A stretch of DNA of 64,000 nt from Antedon mediterranea. Lineage: Eukaryota; Animalia; Echinodermata. Below the pieces are notes generated by a model. The model was not told where the DNA came from. It did not search any database and saw only the letters and a list, made by a program, of their open reading frames with translations. Numbering within the stretch: the stretch's first letter is position 1; every line of letters begins with the position of its first letter. Position numbers and translations under genes: made by a program. The stretch covers positions 23,077,237 to 23,141,236 of the forward strand of contig NC_092672.1 of assembly GCF_964355755.1 (NCBI RefSeq). Reading direction: 5' to 3'. This document shows, piece by piece, positions 40,414 to 52,885 of the stretch.

Positions 40414-42310
40414 TTACAAAATGTAAGCATTATTGTTATTATTATGGAATGTTTTATTAAATAGGTAACAGCAGTGAGCACCAGTGCTTTGCACAGTCTG
40501 TAGTATAATTAAAATGATTCCATCTTCTATCATTGTTATATTTATTCATCTTCTTCTTCATTATAAGACAATAACAAACAAACTCGTTTAAATATAAATC
40601 TACCCACTGTAATGTTGGTGTTGCTACAGTTTTTCATATTTTAGAACAATGACAGATTATCAATGCTTACTTTATAGCATTCATTCAAGTATAAGCAATA
40701 ATGTCAACAGTATACTATTTGAAGATCACAATATAAAGAGATCAACTTTATTATTAAGATTTTGTAAAGCTTAATATTTGTTAACAGACTGTTCTTTATT
40801 TATCCACAAAATAGCAAAGATTAAAAATAAACTTGTTTAAAAAATGAAAAAAATGTAAAACATTGATCGTTCCTTAAGTTGGTCATTGACACTATTTTAA
40901 CTAAAATAACTAACTAAAATTTAAAGTTTAGTTAGCAAAGTTCAAAAGGATGAATTAAAACACCTAATAAAAACCTTAAAAAGAGGCTACGAGGATGCTT
41001 GTTTTTCTTTTCTTACCATTATTGGATAAATGTTATTGAATTGAAATTGAATTGAATTCACAGCCACCACATATTTAATATACATTAATGACAAAATATG
41101 ATGTTTTAATTAAGTTTAACTAAAAATGAAAAACTACAATGTGTATTCCCTTTGCGTACTGATCAGCCATTTGTTATTGTTGCAAGGTTTCAAAATGATG
41201 CAATGAACTTTACTCAGTCCATTGGATTGAATGTTAAATTGACCAAATATAAGTCCTGATAATTAACAGAACAGAGTATGCTCAGTATACTGTGCATAAG
41301 CATGCGCATATTAATGTTTTGTGTAGATTACCGTATCCTTTCATCTACCGTCCACCTTCATCTACTGTCCTGTCATAAAGTCACTAGTAGGTTTTATTGT
41401 AAATTAACAGCACACCACGTGCAACAGCTAATACTAAATAGTAGTACTAATCATTGTCAGTATTTTCATTTCTATTGTAAATTAATAGTCAACAGATACC
41501 TCTTAGAATCAGTCAGTCATACATTCTACTCATTCACCCTTTACCAAAAATTTGGGATTTTTAAAATGTCTTTCTTTCCATCGTATATATTCATTTAGGA
41601 CTGACAGTTTCATTCTTATAGTTTCATTCTACTGTAAAACAATACTACTCTCTTTTTCATTACATTCAACCTCTTACATTAACATTCAAATTAATTCAGA
41701 ATAAATACATTTGAATGATGAAGCCTAAAAAAACAAAAAACAGAATAACTAAAATACAAATACATTGGTATATTTCGAAAGGCATTGTGAGATAGAATAG
41801 AGCTAATGGGTGGCGCCATGGAGTAGCGCACCCTCATCAAATTAGAAAGTCAAAATCATAGAGGGGATCTGCTAATACTATAGGGGGATAGAGTAATTGA
41901 CTGAGCCCTCTATAGGAATTAATAGTTTTGACTTCCTAGTTTGGAGGGGGCGCTGCTCCATGCTGTGAAATGGCGTCGCCTAGTTTGACCTTTTAACCCT
42001 GTACTTCCGATACTGTGTTTTGAATGCAAATTGAAAAACAGGAGATTCTTGTGTTATAAGTTCTTTGCTTTGATGGAGATGATGATACTGTTATAAAGCC
42101 TATCAAACATACAGTGCTACCCTTACCAAAGGAGAATGCTTAAATAGCCTTTGCTAACCATTCACTAGTAGGCATTCGAATGCTAATTTACAGGTAATTT
42201 TTAGAATTTAGGCATTCATGGTTAAAACCACTTAATCGGAATGCTAAGAAAAGTTTCCAAGCATTCTTTAGGAATGCTTACAAGAGTCAATAAGCATTCA
42301 GAAGCTATCC

Positions 42311-42623
42311 CGAATGGTAGTGTGAATGCTAAGTTCATTGGTAGCATTCAGGGAGATATTTTGAATGGTAGTGTGAATGCTAAGATCATTGGTAGCATTC
42401 AGGAAGAGATTTTGAATGGTAGTGTGAATGCCAAGATCATTGGTAGCATTCAGGAGATATTCTGAATGGTATTGTGAATGCTAAGAACATTGGTAGCATT
42501 CAGGGAGATATTTTGAATGGTAGTGTGAATGCTAAGAACATTGGTAGCATTCAGAGAGATATGTTGAATGGTAGTGTGAATGCTAAGATCATTGGTAGCA
42601 TTCAGGAAGAGATTTTGAATGGT
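42311..42623 (+). repeat. About 51-bp minisatellite, 6 units
   Basis: gaatggtagtgtgaatgctaagatcattggtagcattcaggragatatttt repeated in tandem without unique spacers. Confidence 0.92.
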
Positions 42624-43377
42624 AAACAGGGAAATAATTGAATGCTCAACCAATCAGATCAATCCTCACCAACTGCCAAAAAAACAACCACCAATTCAAA
42701 TTCAAGAGACCAAATGGCTAGAGAAAGGCTGAGTTGAGTGAGTGAGGATGCCTACAGTAGACTGCAGCCTTCCTTCTTTTTACAGCTTACCTGCTGGCAA
42801 ACCTGACACAGATTTTGCTGATATAAAAGGTATTGTAGCTAGTAGCTATACTTGTTCTTTTATCATTCTGTATTTGGCTACTAACTAGCTAGGCCTAATA
42901 ATAATAGGAGGATCAGTATAGCCACACACAGCCTACTAAGTTGAGTTCAGCAGAGAGGGACCAGGGCTAGGCTACAGTAGATAGTGAGTGGTTTGGGATT
43001 CAGTGGTGGTGGTACTATCAAAAAGTCCTATCAAAAGTCGAATCCCCTAAGTCACTCCCTGGTTATATTGTGTAGCTGGCCTAGGCTAGTTATAGTATAC
43101 TCTAGAACCACATTGTATCACTTATCAAAAAGAAGGGCTAACTAAACTATAAAAGCAATTTTAAATAAAAGCAGTTTTCACTCCATCGTTTATTTTATTA
43201 TAAGACAATGGGATGGTGGAGGCATTTTTATGCCATGGCAGATTATTTCCTTAATTCCAACATTTGAAATGAATAAAAACAGTAACACAACATGTATTTA
43301 TTTTAAAAAGGGTACAATATTAAATAAAATCCTTTTTATTAAACCTGAATGATACTAATATAATAGTCCTTCTACAG

Positions 43378-43822
43378 ACTAGAGAATATAGTGCATAATT
43401 CAGTTTTATCTGCTATATACTGACTGTTCATAAAGGAACATAGAAAACAAAATAAAGAGTCCAACAGGAGTGCTTTGGACAAATCATCTGTTGGTGCCAT
43501 TAGAGGTATTTAACTATAAATTTTAAATCTATTTTAACATGGTCATGTCCTATAAACATGCCTTCAATGATCAATTAAATATGAGGGAAAATTGAATCCC
43601 ACCATTTCTCTTTGTTTTAATTGCTTAATCATTCTTTTTATCTTTAATTTCTTTTCACAGGGTGTCGGTTTTTTATTTCATTAACATATTTCAATATTTT
43701 TTTTTGCAGATTATATCAAGGTCGTGGCAGTAAAAAATGATTGAACTCCTGTTAGCCTGGTAGAATTTAACAAGAAGTTTGTGTCTAAATGCACCAATGC
43801 ACGCAGGAGTCTATATAAATAG
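43378..43822 (+). pseudogene. Spliced BEN-domain-like pseudogene fragment inside the transposon
   Basis: Exon ending at 43505 (G|gt) joins in phase to exon 43710-43822 (tttgcag|): ..LFIKEHRKQNKESNRSALDKSSVGAIRDYIKVVAVKND*TPVSLVEFNKKFVSKCTNARRSLYK*. It has in-frame stops; BEN call is by pattern. Confidence 0.55.
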
Positions 43823-45262
43823 ATAAAAATTAATATTTTATATATAATTTTTATTTTCATTTATCATATCTTTATATTCTCAATTTTGTCCAAGTATTCT
43901 CACTTGCACAGATAAAGTGCTAGTGTTGCCAATAGCTCTGCTAATTGATAATTTTTTAGCTTTTTGCTTACTTTAGTTTGTATCTCCATTGAGATCCACA
44001 GCATTGTCATTTTTTTCAGTAATTTGCCTTTTATATATAGTGTATATATATATTTCTTTGAAGATGCCTCCATAAGGAAATTCATGGTGTCAATTGAAGT
44101 TTTAAATTAAATATTTTAAAGTAGTTAATTTTGATAATTGTTCATTTGTATATGGCCTTTTTGTCATATACAGTATAAGTATTACACTCTCTTGCTGTTT
44201 ATACGTTTGATAGCTTTTTGATACTTTATTTCTGTTTGGGAATGTTAAATATCGAGTATCGACGAAAATATATTAATTAAATTTGATTTTTTAATAATTA
44301 AAGTAAAGACATCTTTTATTTTAATGTCTCTTATTGTATATTTGAAGAATTTTTTCGCTTTTCATTTTAGATTCTTCATAAAAAAAGTGAGAAATCTGGA
44401 TCACAACATTTCCCACTGTAGAATTTGAATGCTTTAGCATTCAATTCGCTCACTAGCATTCACAGTGTAACAGTGTACCAATATTTGAATGTGTAGTTTT
44501 GAATGCTAGACCACGCCCACTAAAAAAGCTCACTAGCACATTCATCTACTAGCATTCGAATGCTAGGCTAGCATTCGAATGCTAGCCTAGCATTCCCCTA
44601 CTAGCATTCGAATGCTAGGCTAAGCCTTCCAGATTTAGCATTCGAATGCTAGTATAGCATTCAACTAGTAGCATTCGAATGCTAGTGCTACCATTCACAT
44701 GCTTAGCTCATTTACATAATTCGGCTCCCTGGAAGGCTTAGCGAAGGCTTAGTGAAGGCTTAGTGAATGCTAAGAAGCATTCAAAGGAAGGCTTAGCGAA
44801 GGCTTAGTGAAGGCTTAGCGAAGGCTTAGTGAATGCTAAGAAGCATTCGAATGCTAAATTCAGTCATTGAATGCTTATATACCACTAGTATTCGAATGCT
44901 AAGTATTAGCCCTTCGAATGCCAATAATAGCATTCCAGGAGTAGCATTCGAATGCTTTGTGAATGGTAAGCGAAGGCATTCAGCTTTGGTAATAGTTGAC
45001 GGTGATTATTTGCTTTTTGTTAAAATAAAAGTAAATAATAGTCAACCAGAAATAAAACTTGGTTTACTAAAGCTTTGGTTGCCAACGCAATGTAGGTGCT
45101 ACGCAAGTGCGTTGACCAATAACAAGCAACAATTCAGATAATCCATCACATTCTGATTGGTAAATTTGCTTGATTTAATTTACAAAAAAATTGCATAAAC
45201 TACAGACAAATGGACAGACTAAATGTTGGGACAAACAAACTTATTACATGCAATTATTACTT

Positions 45263-48200
45263 AAAAAATAATTTGGGATTTACACTTCCCATCTGAATAT
45301 ACATACACCTTAATCTGAATACCTTGTCCAACATGATTACAGTGTTTAAACAGCGAATAATACTATGCCTTTGTAGATTCATTCCATAACATAGTTTCAT
45401 TCCATTAAAACTACAATAGTAACATTATCATATAACCTATAATAACCTACCACTTTTTTTAATAGAATAAACCAAATGCTATCATCTCTTTAACTATTTA
45501 ATACACAATAACATCTACCCGTCTACATATGATAGTGCAACGTGTCAATCACAGCTAAAGACACCCTTGTACACCTTTGTGTCTTATTATTCAATGCATT
45601 TCAACACAATGCTGCTCAGACACCACCTATATTATTCTACTTGAGTTTGCTAGATCATCATATAAAAGTGCATTATGATGAGATCAGATTGTTTTTATAT
45701 AATTGTACTTTATTAATAATTATAATATTGACAACCATTCTGATGTTTGTTCATGGTTGTGCAGAGCCATGATAAATACAATTGTCACAGCTTGAATAAG
45801 GTAACAGGGAGAAAATTAAATGAAAACCTTCCTCAATAATATTTCTCTGTTCAAATGCTGGATTGTAATGAGTTTTTAATATTAAATGTGTCTATATAAT
45901 TTATTGTTTGTTAAGTAGGTCTTTTAACATAGTGATGTTTAATGTGAAATGGTTAAATGTATTCAGAGTGAGATCTGCCAATGTAAATTATCTTAATTAA
46001 AGTCATTTACATTAAAAACTTTCAATTGTATTTCTATTATATTTTATCAATTTTAAGTGCTGTTCTTAAAATACAATTGCAGTCTACCAAATCATGGATC
46101 TATAAAGCTCAAAGAGACTAAAAACTGTTAACTTTTATGATGTACACAGCCTATTTAATACTTAGTTGAAATGCCATTATTATACATTTTTAATCATTGA
46201 TTTATTTAGAGAAATTAATAAAACTTCACCAGAAGTTTTAGAATGGTCATATCAGTTGTATTTTGATTATTTATACTACTATAACAATATATGTTCACAT
46301 TTTGTAGTAATACACTACCAACATGTATAGATATTTACAATACCCATCTGAATAATTATACTACACCTTAATCTGAATACCTTATCCAACCTGAATACAG
46401 TATTTATACAGCGAATACTGTTTTGTAGTTTCATTCCATAAAACCATAATTTAACATCAAATAAATAGTCATAAAATTAATCTTCTTTATTTTAATAGAT
46501 TCATCTCTTTTTTTTCTTTCGAAAAAGATTTTAATACACCAAAAAAAAACCCCCAAACAAAAACATCTACCCTGTATGTGATGATACACATGGGGTCAGA
46601 TCATTTTTCTATTCGACCTATTCGCTATCCGTCGCTAGGACAGAATAATCTGGATTTTTTTTTGTTTTACATTAATCCAAATTAATCAACTACCACACTT
46701 TATTTCAAAGGATAACATTTTTAGTATAATTATTTTTTTTGTTAAATGGTTGCATAATTTAGTTGGCGGATAACTCCTTGTGATTGTATAAATTCATCAT
46801 CAACTTTTTTTATCTGTATTTTTTTTTTTTCATTCCACATTTCATAATTTCATAAAGTTGTGCACCTACTATTTTTTTTTAAACATCAAAGTTGCGCAAC
46901 ATTTCTTGCGCGCGATTTTATGAATTTAAATGATTGATCATAGATTAAAAACCAAACGTCATTTTGTATTGACACATTTTTTATTTAAGTCATATCAAGA
47001 GTCAACTTTCTGTGGATTAAAAATGCCATGTTTCACACAAAGTTACGCGCACAAGATTTTTTCTTACAACCAACACCTGCAATTGCTGTAACTAATAATG
47101 CGTATTTTCATTAAAAGCCTTAAAGGGGGATTCTGGGTATAAAATTGCTTTTAAATATCGTTTATTTATTAAATAAAAAATATCATAACAATATAGACAT
47201 TTCAGAATGAAGAAGTAATAACGAGAAATTAAAAAAATTAAATTTCATATACATTTTAGGGTAAATTCATGGAAAGTCTGTTTTTTAGCAGCTTAGGGAA
47301 GCTCATTAATATTCATGAGATATTCACAAAATCACGTCACCAGTGGATTCCAAACTCGCGACGTCATGTACGTTGTGTTTGTCAACTAATTTACATCTCT
47401 CTCCCCTGTCAAACGACGACCACCATTGTGAAATACATTTTTTGTAGATTTTCTAAGCTTGGCCTAAAGTGTAATAATAACAGTAGTAGCATATATTTAT
47501 TTGACATTTAATGAAATACAAAATTTAGTACAGATACGGAGTCATAAATTATACTATTTTTATACCTCTATAGTACAGATCGTATTATCGGCTTCACGTA
47601 CAATACTACTCTAGGCCTAGCCTAATAATAATATGGGCGAGAGCCATTCTGACTAGGGATTCCATGCCACGATGGCTACGTTAAAACAATGGGGCCCATG
47701 GGCCTAGCTAGCCTACTACTAGACGATTGGCCCATAAATAACAAAACCCATCCTATCAACCAAACTCCTAAACAATCTAAACCTAAAACATTCTACAAAA
47801 TCGGCTGTAAATATTGAAGCAAAACAAGGTCCGATCGCCGTCCACACGTATGGTGTCCCGATCGTCTAAGTAGGCCTAAAATAAATAGGTTTAGTTTACT
47901 CTCCAAAAAAGCGGATACTCATTCATCAAGCAAGTAGACCAGGTAGTAGGAAGGAGACCTAGCCGATCCGGCCCAGTTAAAATTGAGCTAGCTAGTGTAG
48001 TAGACCCTATGCGAATTGATACTACCAGGCCTTTTACTATAGGCTGCACTACACAAATATTCCAACTCTCTCATTCGAGCTATATTATCTATACCATTCC
48101 GGTAGGTCGAGTCGACCTTCAATCAAATACTGTACATCGTTCATGTTGTGATTATAGACGGGGTATACTCGACCCGACCAGTTTGGTATTGTTGTATCTG

Positions 48201-49084
48201 CTTATCACGTGACGATGCCAGGCATGGGCAGCAGAGAGAGCACGTGTATCGTCGTCTCGCTCGATCCTCAGCAGGAATGTACAGTATACGTTACGCTTCA
48301 TTGATTTTGATTTTTCCCTAAGTCGGTGCGAAAATCGGCAAACGTAAAGTGCAAACATATCTAATTTTTCACTGTTTTGATGAATTTTCATAAAAAATTG
48401 ACTTTATAAATGGGAAGACCGACTAAAATTACATCAGATAAGTATAATTTTACAAAAGTAATTGATATGGTTTATGATAACGAGTCGTCGGAAGATGGAC
48501 CATTTCACGAATTTCCTATTTTGTAACCACAGTGTGATTTTGCCGTAGCTGCACTTGTAATCTGGCCTGATTTCACAGCCTTCGTTCTGCTTCACTGGGC
48601 GCTTATATAAATTGAAACTTTTACCATTCAAGAGACAAACAAATATATTTTACATTTTTTACTATTCATTTTAAACCCGGAACCCCCCTTTAAAAGAATT
48701 GAAAAGTCAATTAAACCATATCAAATTTTATTTTAATGATTTTACTGATTTTGATTTTAAATGTATTATGGCTACCCTTACAGTACATGATGGCATTGTT
48801 AACCCTATTTCACATTGACCATTCTTATTATTTTAAATGCATAATTATGGCTACTCATACATGCTGATTGCCTTTTTAACCCTCTTTCACATTGACTATT
48901 CTTTTTATTGTACAAGTTACTAAATGTTTTAGTTTACTTAATTCACTTCCCACAACCTTAATCAATAATCACCTTGACAAATTTCAATATAAATTTACCT
49001 CCTGGTTCATCCTGTTTTTCATCACTGTTTTCCTCCTTGTACTCTATTTGCACAAACATACTTTGCCTATTATATTATTCTTAA
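45263..49084 (+). repeat. Duplication copy (sister about 56945-59687; 46136-49084 also matches 26801-28350)
   Basis: Collinear from tttgggatttacact.cccatctgaatat to cctattatattattcttaat, where homology stops abruptly before the exon-bearing part. Confidence 0.92.
47124..48689. mobile_element. Kolobok-type non-autonomous DNA transposon
   Basis: TTAA TSD (47120-47123, 48690-48693). TIRs AGGGGGATTCTGGGTATAAAAT / ATTTTAAACCCGGAACCCCCCT with purine-purine start. Empty aagccttaaaa sites near 27795 and 59357. Confidence 0.85.
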
Positions 49085-49089
49085 TAGTT

Positions 49090-49760
49090 GTTGTTTACAA
49101 TAGTGATGAAAGCATTAATTTTGAAAATTTCTGTAATTTCGCGTGGAAGTAATCATATTTATCTTAATTTACTGTATGTCATGTTCATCCCACCAAAATC
49201 TGATGATGAAAACAGTTACCATGAAATTAGTACTTATGTAGAAACAAGGCTATATAAAAAAAAAGGATACAGTAGATTCAGGGTTTAACAAAATATATGA
49301 CATAATCAATTTTAACCGGCTGAAAAAATCTATTGAAATCCTCCATACATTATGTAGAAGAGCTGACTATTGCAATATGCTTTATTAGTTGATGCCATTC
49401 CAAAAGATTGTATAAGTATAACTAAGAATCATAACAACAATATGTCTGTACATATTAAGAATGAATGTATTATAACAATTAAATAACACATAACACATAA
49501 CAGCAAAATGTATACTCATGCTTTAAATCAAAAGCTATTACTTCTCGTGTTTTAAACAAATGGAATGTTGCTCTCAACACCCAAAACATAAATCCGATAA
49601 AGAAGGTGAAAAATGAAAAAATATACTAAATTATAAACAATTACATAAAATTGTTCCAACTAACTTACAGCTGTATCTAGAAATTGAAAAAAATGAATGT
49701 TATATATGTGTTATTGAAAATGAAAAGCATATGTTCTTTTATATTGTATACATAACAAAT
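49090..49760 (+). pseudogene. Highly decayed L1/Tx1-like ORF2 3' fragment
   Basis: Broken translations such as KIYDII and LLQYALLVDAIPKD resemble the post-RT region of Tx1-type ORF2. It begins where the duplication ends. Confidence 0.35.
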
Positions 49761-50257
49761 TATGGAAAAATATTGATAACATTTTTATAGACAATAGCAG
49801 AAGTTCATTTAAAGTAGGGCCTACCTCTTTAATGCAGGCTCAGATTGTCTACAGTATATACATATATACAGTGCTTAAATGCTTTAAGTATCTAATACCT
49901 TGCAATTGTATATTCTTTTAACAATCATAAATCATACAGGTTTGATAATGCATTTTTTCTCATATTTGTATAATTTTCTAACAATTTGAATAAAATAGGT
50001 GTTTATCAAGTCTATAATGTATTCAATTTTAGGAACAGCTTAATCACAAAATAATGGGATTATTGTGCACTTTGTAATATTAATAATTCATTATAATGAT
50101 GTATAGATACTTTAACACTTCTTTATTGTATCTTGAATTTGTTGTTATCATTGATACAATAATACATGAATCAAGTGTCAACAATTATAGAGCATTCATA
50201 TTAACAGTTAATAGATGACAAATTTCGTTTTTGTAAAAGCACAAGTTAACGGAGTAC

Positions 50258-50304
50258 TTACTCGAACGTTTCGATCTCTATCAGAGATCCTTCTCAACTG
50301 ACTG
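50258..50304 (-). ncRNA. Penelope-associated minimal hammerhead-like motif (U3-A8 variant)
   Basis: The - strand reads UUGAGAA-G-GAUCUCU(GAU)AGAGAUC-GAAAC-GUU just after the stop codon. 7-bp stem II, palindromic AACGUU, imperfect stem I. Confidence 0.65.
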
Positions 50305-50311
50305 CGGAGTG

Positions 50312-52885
50312 TTAATGCAGCTTGGTCATTCTTGACGTCATCTGTTGATGACGTTGTACGCCTCCGGTTGTAGGTTGGAGGTTGTGCGGGGCTCGGCCAG
50401 GTGATGTGTCTATCAAATCATTGTACAAATGCGAGAGTTCGTGGGCTCCAGTGTCCCGGTTCATGGTCTTCTCTTTATTTCTCCTTATATGTAATGATTC
50501 TCTAATCTGTCTGTCTTTGCGTTTAGGCTCTTTGGTTAAGATGGTAGCCTCCCAGTTCGGTACATGATTGTGTTTTATGACATGTTCTGTAATGGCAGAT
50601 TTGTGTATGATCGAAGATGTGGATGTTCTGGAGGCCCTAGTCATTACTCCCCCCGTGTTTGTTGTAACATCTTTTTTGTGATCATTAATTCGTGTTTGTA
50701 ATGCCCTCCCTGTTTCCCCAATGTAAACTTGTGGACAGTTGCGGCAGGTGACTTCGTAGATTACTCCACATGTATCCATCTTCTCGATTTTATCTTTTGG
50801 GTGGACGAGGCTATTCTTGATTTTATTTTGGGGTAGGAAATAGGTTCCGACATTGTGATAGGAGAGAGTGCGTCGTATTCTTTCTGCCATTCCTTTTACA
50901 TAGGGGATTCCTATGCTACCTCGCATCTTGATCTTTTCCTTCTGTGGTTCGTGTCCTTTGTTCTTTTTTCTTTTTCGGTTTTCCATAACTCTCTGGAAGG
51001 ACCACTCTGGATACTGGCAGTTGTGTAACGCTTTCTTGATGTTATCCATCTCAACTTTCCTCAAATCCATATCTCCCACTACCTTCTCAGCTCTGTCCAC
51101 AAGCGTGTTTATAAGCCCCAGTTTGTGTTCGAGTGGATGATGTGAGTTGAAATGTAAATATTGGTCTGTGTGAGTGGGCTTCCGATAGACTGAGGTGGTA
51201 ACTGTTCCATTGTCATTGAGTGTGATGAGCATGTCCAGGAAAGGTATTGTGTTGTTTGTCATCGATTCTGTGGTGAACTTGATATTGTCAGTTATATCGA
51301 TGTTATTAAGATGTGTGTTAAATGTATGTACTGTACCTATGGGGATGATAGCTAATACATCATCAACGTATCGTTTCCAATACACAGGCTTGATGTTAGT
51401 GGGTGCCGTGTTTATGGCTTGATGTTCTAGCCACTCTAGATACAAGTTCGCCAATATAGGACTTATTGGGCTTCCCATAGCAATGCCTTGTATTTGCCTA
51501 TAAATGTTACCATTGAACGAGAAATAGGTTTTGTTCACAATTAAACCGAGGAGCTCCATTATGTCTGTCACATGTAGTTTAGTTCTATCCAGAAGTGTCG
51601 GATCTGTTGTTAGGCGATTTTCGACAACTTTGAGGGCCTCTTCTACTGGTGTTTTTGTAAACAGAGATACTACGTCAAACGAGACAAATGTTTCACTTGG
51701 TTTGACTATTATTTCTTTTAGTTCACTCGCCAACTCTCCTGAGTAAGTTACATGATGTTCTGTGTTTCCGACAAGCGGACCCAGGATTTTGGTGAGGAAT
51801 TGTGCAACGGTGTAAAAAACGGTGTTGATGTTATCTACTATAGGTCTTAATGGCCAATTTGGTTTATGTATCTTCGGAAGACAATACAACCTCGGTACAA
51901 TTTCAGCCGTGGGAAACAGCCATTCTTTCTCTCTGTAGTTGATTTTCTTTTCTTTGAACAACCTGCCTATGATGTTGACCACTTTTCGTTTATAGTTTTG
52001 TGTTGGATTACGTTTTAGCAGTTCGTAAACATTAGTGTCGCTCACCATGGTTCCCACTTTATCTTTGTAATCATTAGTATTTAGGATGACAGTAGATCTA
52101 CCTTTATCCGCTGGGAGAATAAGAATAGATTTATCTTTCTTCAAGTTGTTTATGGCCTTTCGTTCTTTGGGGGTTAAATTTGAAGGTGGTAGAGTGGTAG
52201 ATTTTACAATAGCTACAATTTTACTGCGAACGGTGTCTTGTTCTTCCAGGGGGACGAGATCAGCCGCTTTTTCAGCCGCTACTATGAGATCGTCAATGGG
52301 CATGGATCGTGGGCTCGCCGCATAGTTCAATCCCCTTTGTAATGCTGATATTTCGTCCTCACTAACCAACTTACTAGACAGATTTACCACCCATTTTTCT
52401 CTTAAGATCTTACCGGATAAATCCTGTTCTTGATGTAAATCTCTAGCTGCGTTTTCTGCTTTGTTTTTCCACCACAACAGTTTGTTTTGTTGTCGTGATC
52501 GGCATTTTAAGAATTCCGCTTCACACACTTTGTTTACGTGATTACATACATTGGTGATGTCCCCTCCGTTGGGAATTAGCGATACGATTTCCTCATTTAA
52601 ATCTTTCTTTTTGCCTTCTAACTGTGTGATTTTGTTGGTGGTGATTCTTATTCTCTCACGTAAAAGCTGTCTTTCTGCATGTTTTATTATTTCCTCTGCT
52701 TTAGACGATTTGATCGGTCGATATAATTTCAGGCTCGGAGGGGTAATGTCCAACCGCTTACAATGAAGGGAGAATACCCGGTGATTTCTCTGCCGTGAAA
52801 TTTTCTTCGCGATATTTTCCTGTTTGCGTACGATGTTGATGGTTTCTTGACCATATTTTTCTCTTAAATCTTGAAAGAATTTCAT
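50312..52885 (-). CDS. Penelope-like RT plus GIY-YIG endonuclease (857 aa)
   Basis: PADKG, LPKIHK..PLRPIV, SFDVVSLFT, GIAMGSPISP, RYVDD, FLD, VYRKPTHT, GVIYEVTCRNC..VYIGETGR. Uninterrupted. Confidence 0.96.
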   Translation of the reverse strand: MKFFQDLREKYGQETINIVRKQENIAKKISRQRNHRVFSLHCKRLDITPPSLKLYRPIKSSKAEEIIKHAERQLLRERIRITTNKITQLEGKKKDLNEEIVSLIPNGGDITNVCNHVNKVCEAEFLKCRSRQQNKLLWWKNKAENAARDLHQEQDLSGKILREKWVVNLSSKLVSEDEISALQRGLNYAASPRSMPIDDLIVAAEKAADLVPLEEQDTVRSKIVAIVKSTTLPPSNLTPKERKAINNLKKDKSILILPADKGRSTVILNTNDYKDKVGTMVSDTNVYELLKRNPTQNYKRKVVNIIGRLFKEKKINYREKEWLFPTAEIVPRLYCLPKIHKPNWPLRPIVDNINTVFYTVAQFLTKILGPLVGNTEHHVTYSGELASELKEIIVKPSETFVSFDVVSLFTKTPVEEALKVVENRLTTDPTLLDRTKLHVTDIMELLGLIVNKTYFSFNGNIYRQIQGIAMGSPISPILANLYLEWLEHQAINTAPTNIKPVYWKRYVDDVLAIIPIGTVHTFNTHLNNIDITDNIKFTTESMTNNTIPFLDMLITLNDNGTVTTSVYRKPTHTDQYLHFNSHHPLEHKLGLINTLVDRAEKVVGDMDLRKVEMDNIKKALHNCQYPEWSFQRVMENRKRKKNKGHEPQKEKIKMRGSIGIPYVKGMAERIRRTLSYHNVGTYFLPQNKIKNSLVHPKDKIEKMDTCGVIYEVTCRNCPQVYIGETGRALQTRINDHKKDVTTNTGGVMTRASRTSTSSIIHKSAITEHVIKHNHVPNWEATILTKEPKRKDRQIRESLHIRRNKEKTMNRDTGAHELSHLYNDLIDTSPGRAPHNLQPTTGGVQRHQQMTSRMTKLH

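Larger units (their letters stand above)
42120..44992. mobile_element. Non-autonomous CACTA/EnSpm-like DNA transposon with dense subterminal repeats
   Basis: Absent from the sister site (cagtgcta|gttgagggtg near 26253-26270). TA on both sides. Termini CCCTTACCAAAG / CTTTGGTAA (right end lacks GGG). Many AGCATTC/GAATGCT motifs at both ends. Superfamily is inference. Confidence 0.78.

Noticed and set aside
42311-42623. Regular repeats resembling a CRISPR array; ORFs 42241-42465 and 42450-42653
   Set aside because: Units are contiguous with no unique spacers, there are no cas genes and the context is eukaryotic. The ORFs are translations of the minisatellite.
44833-45141. 102-aa ORF
   Set aside because: It crosses the transposon end into duplicated intron and is made of GAATGCT repeats.
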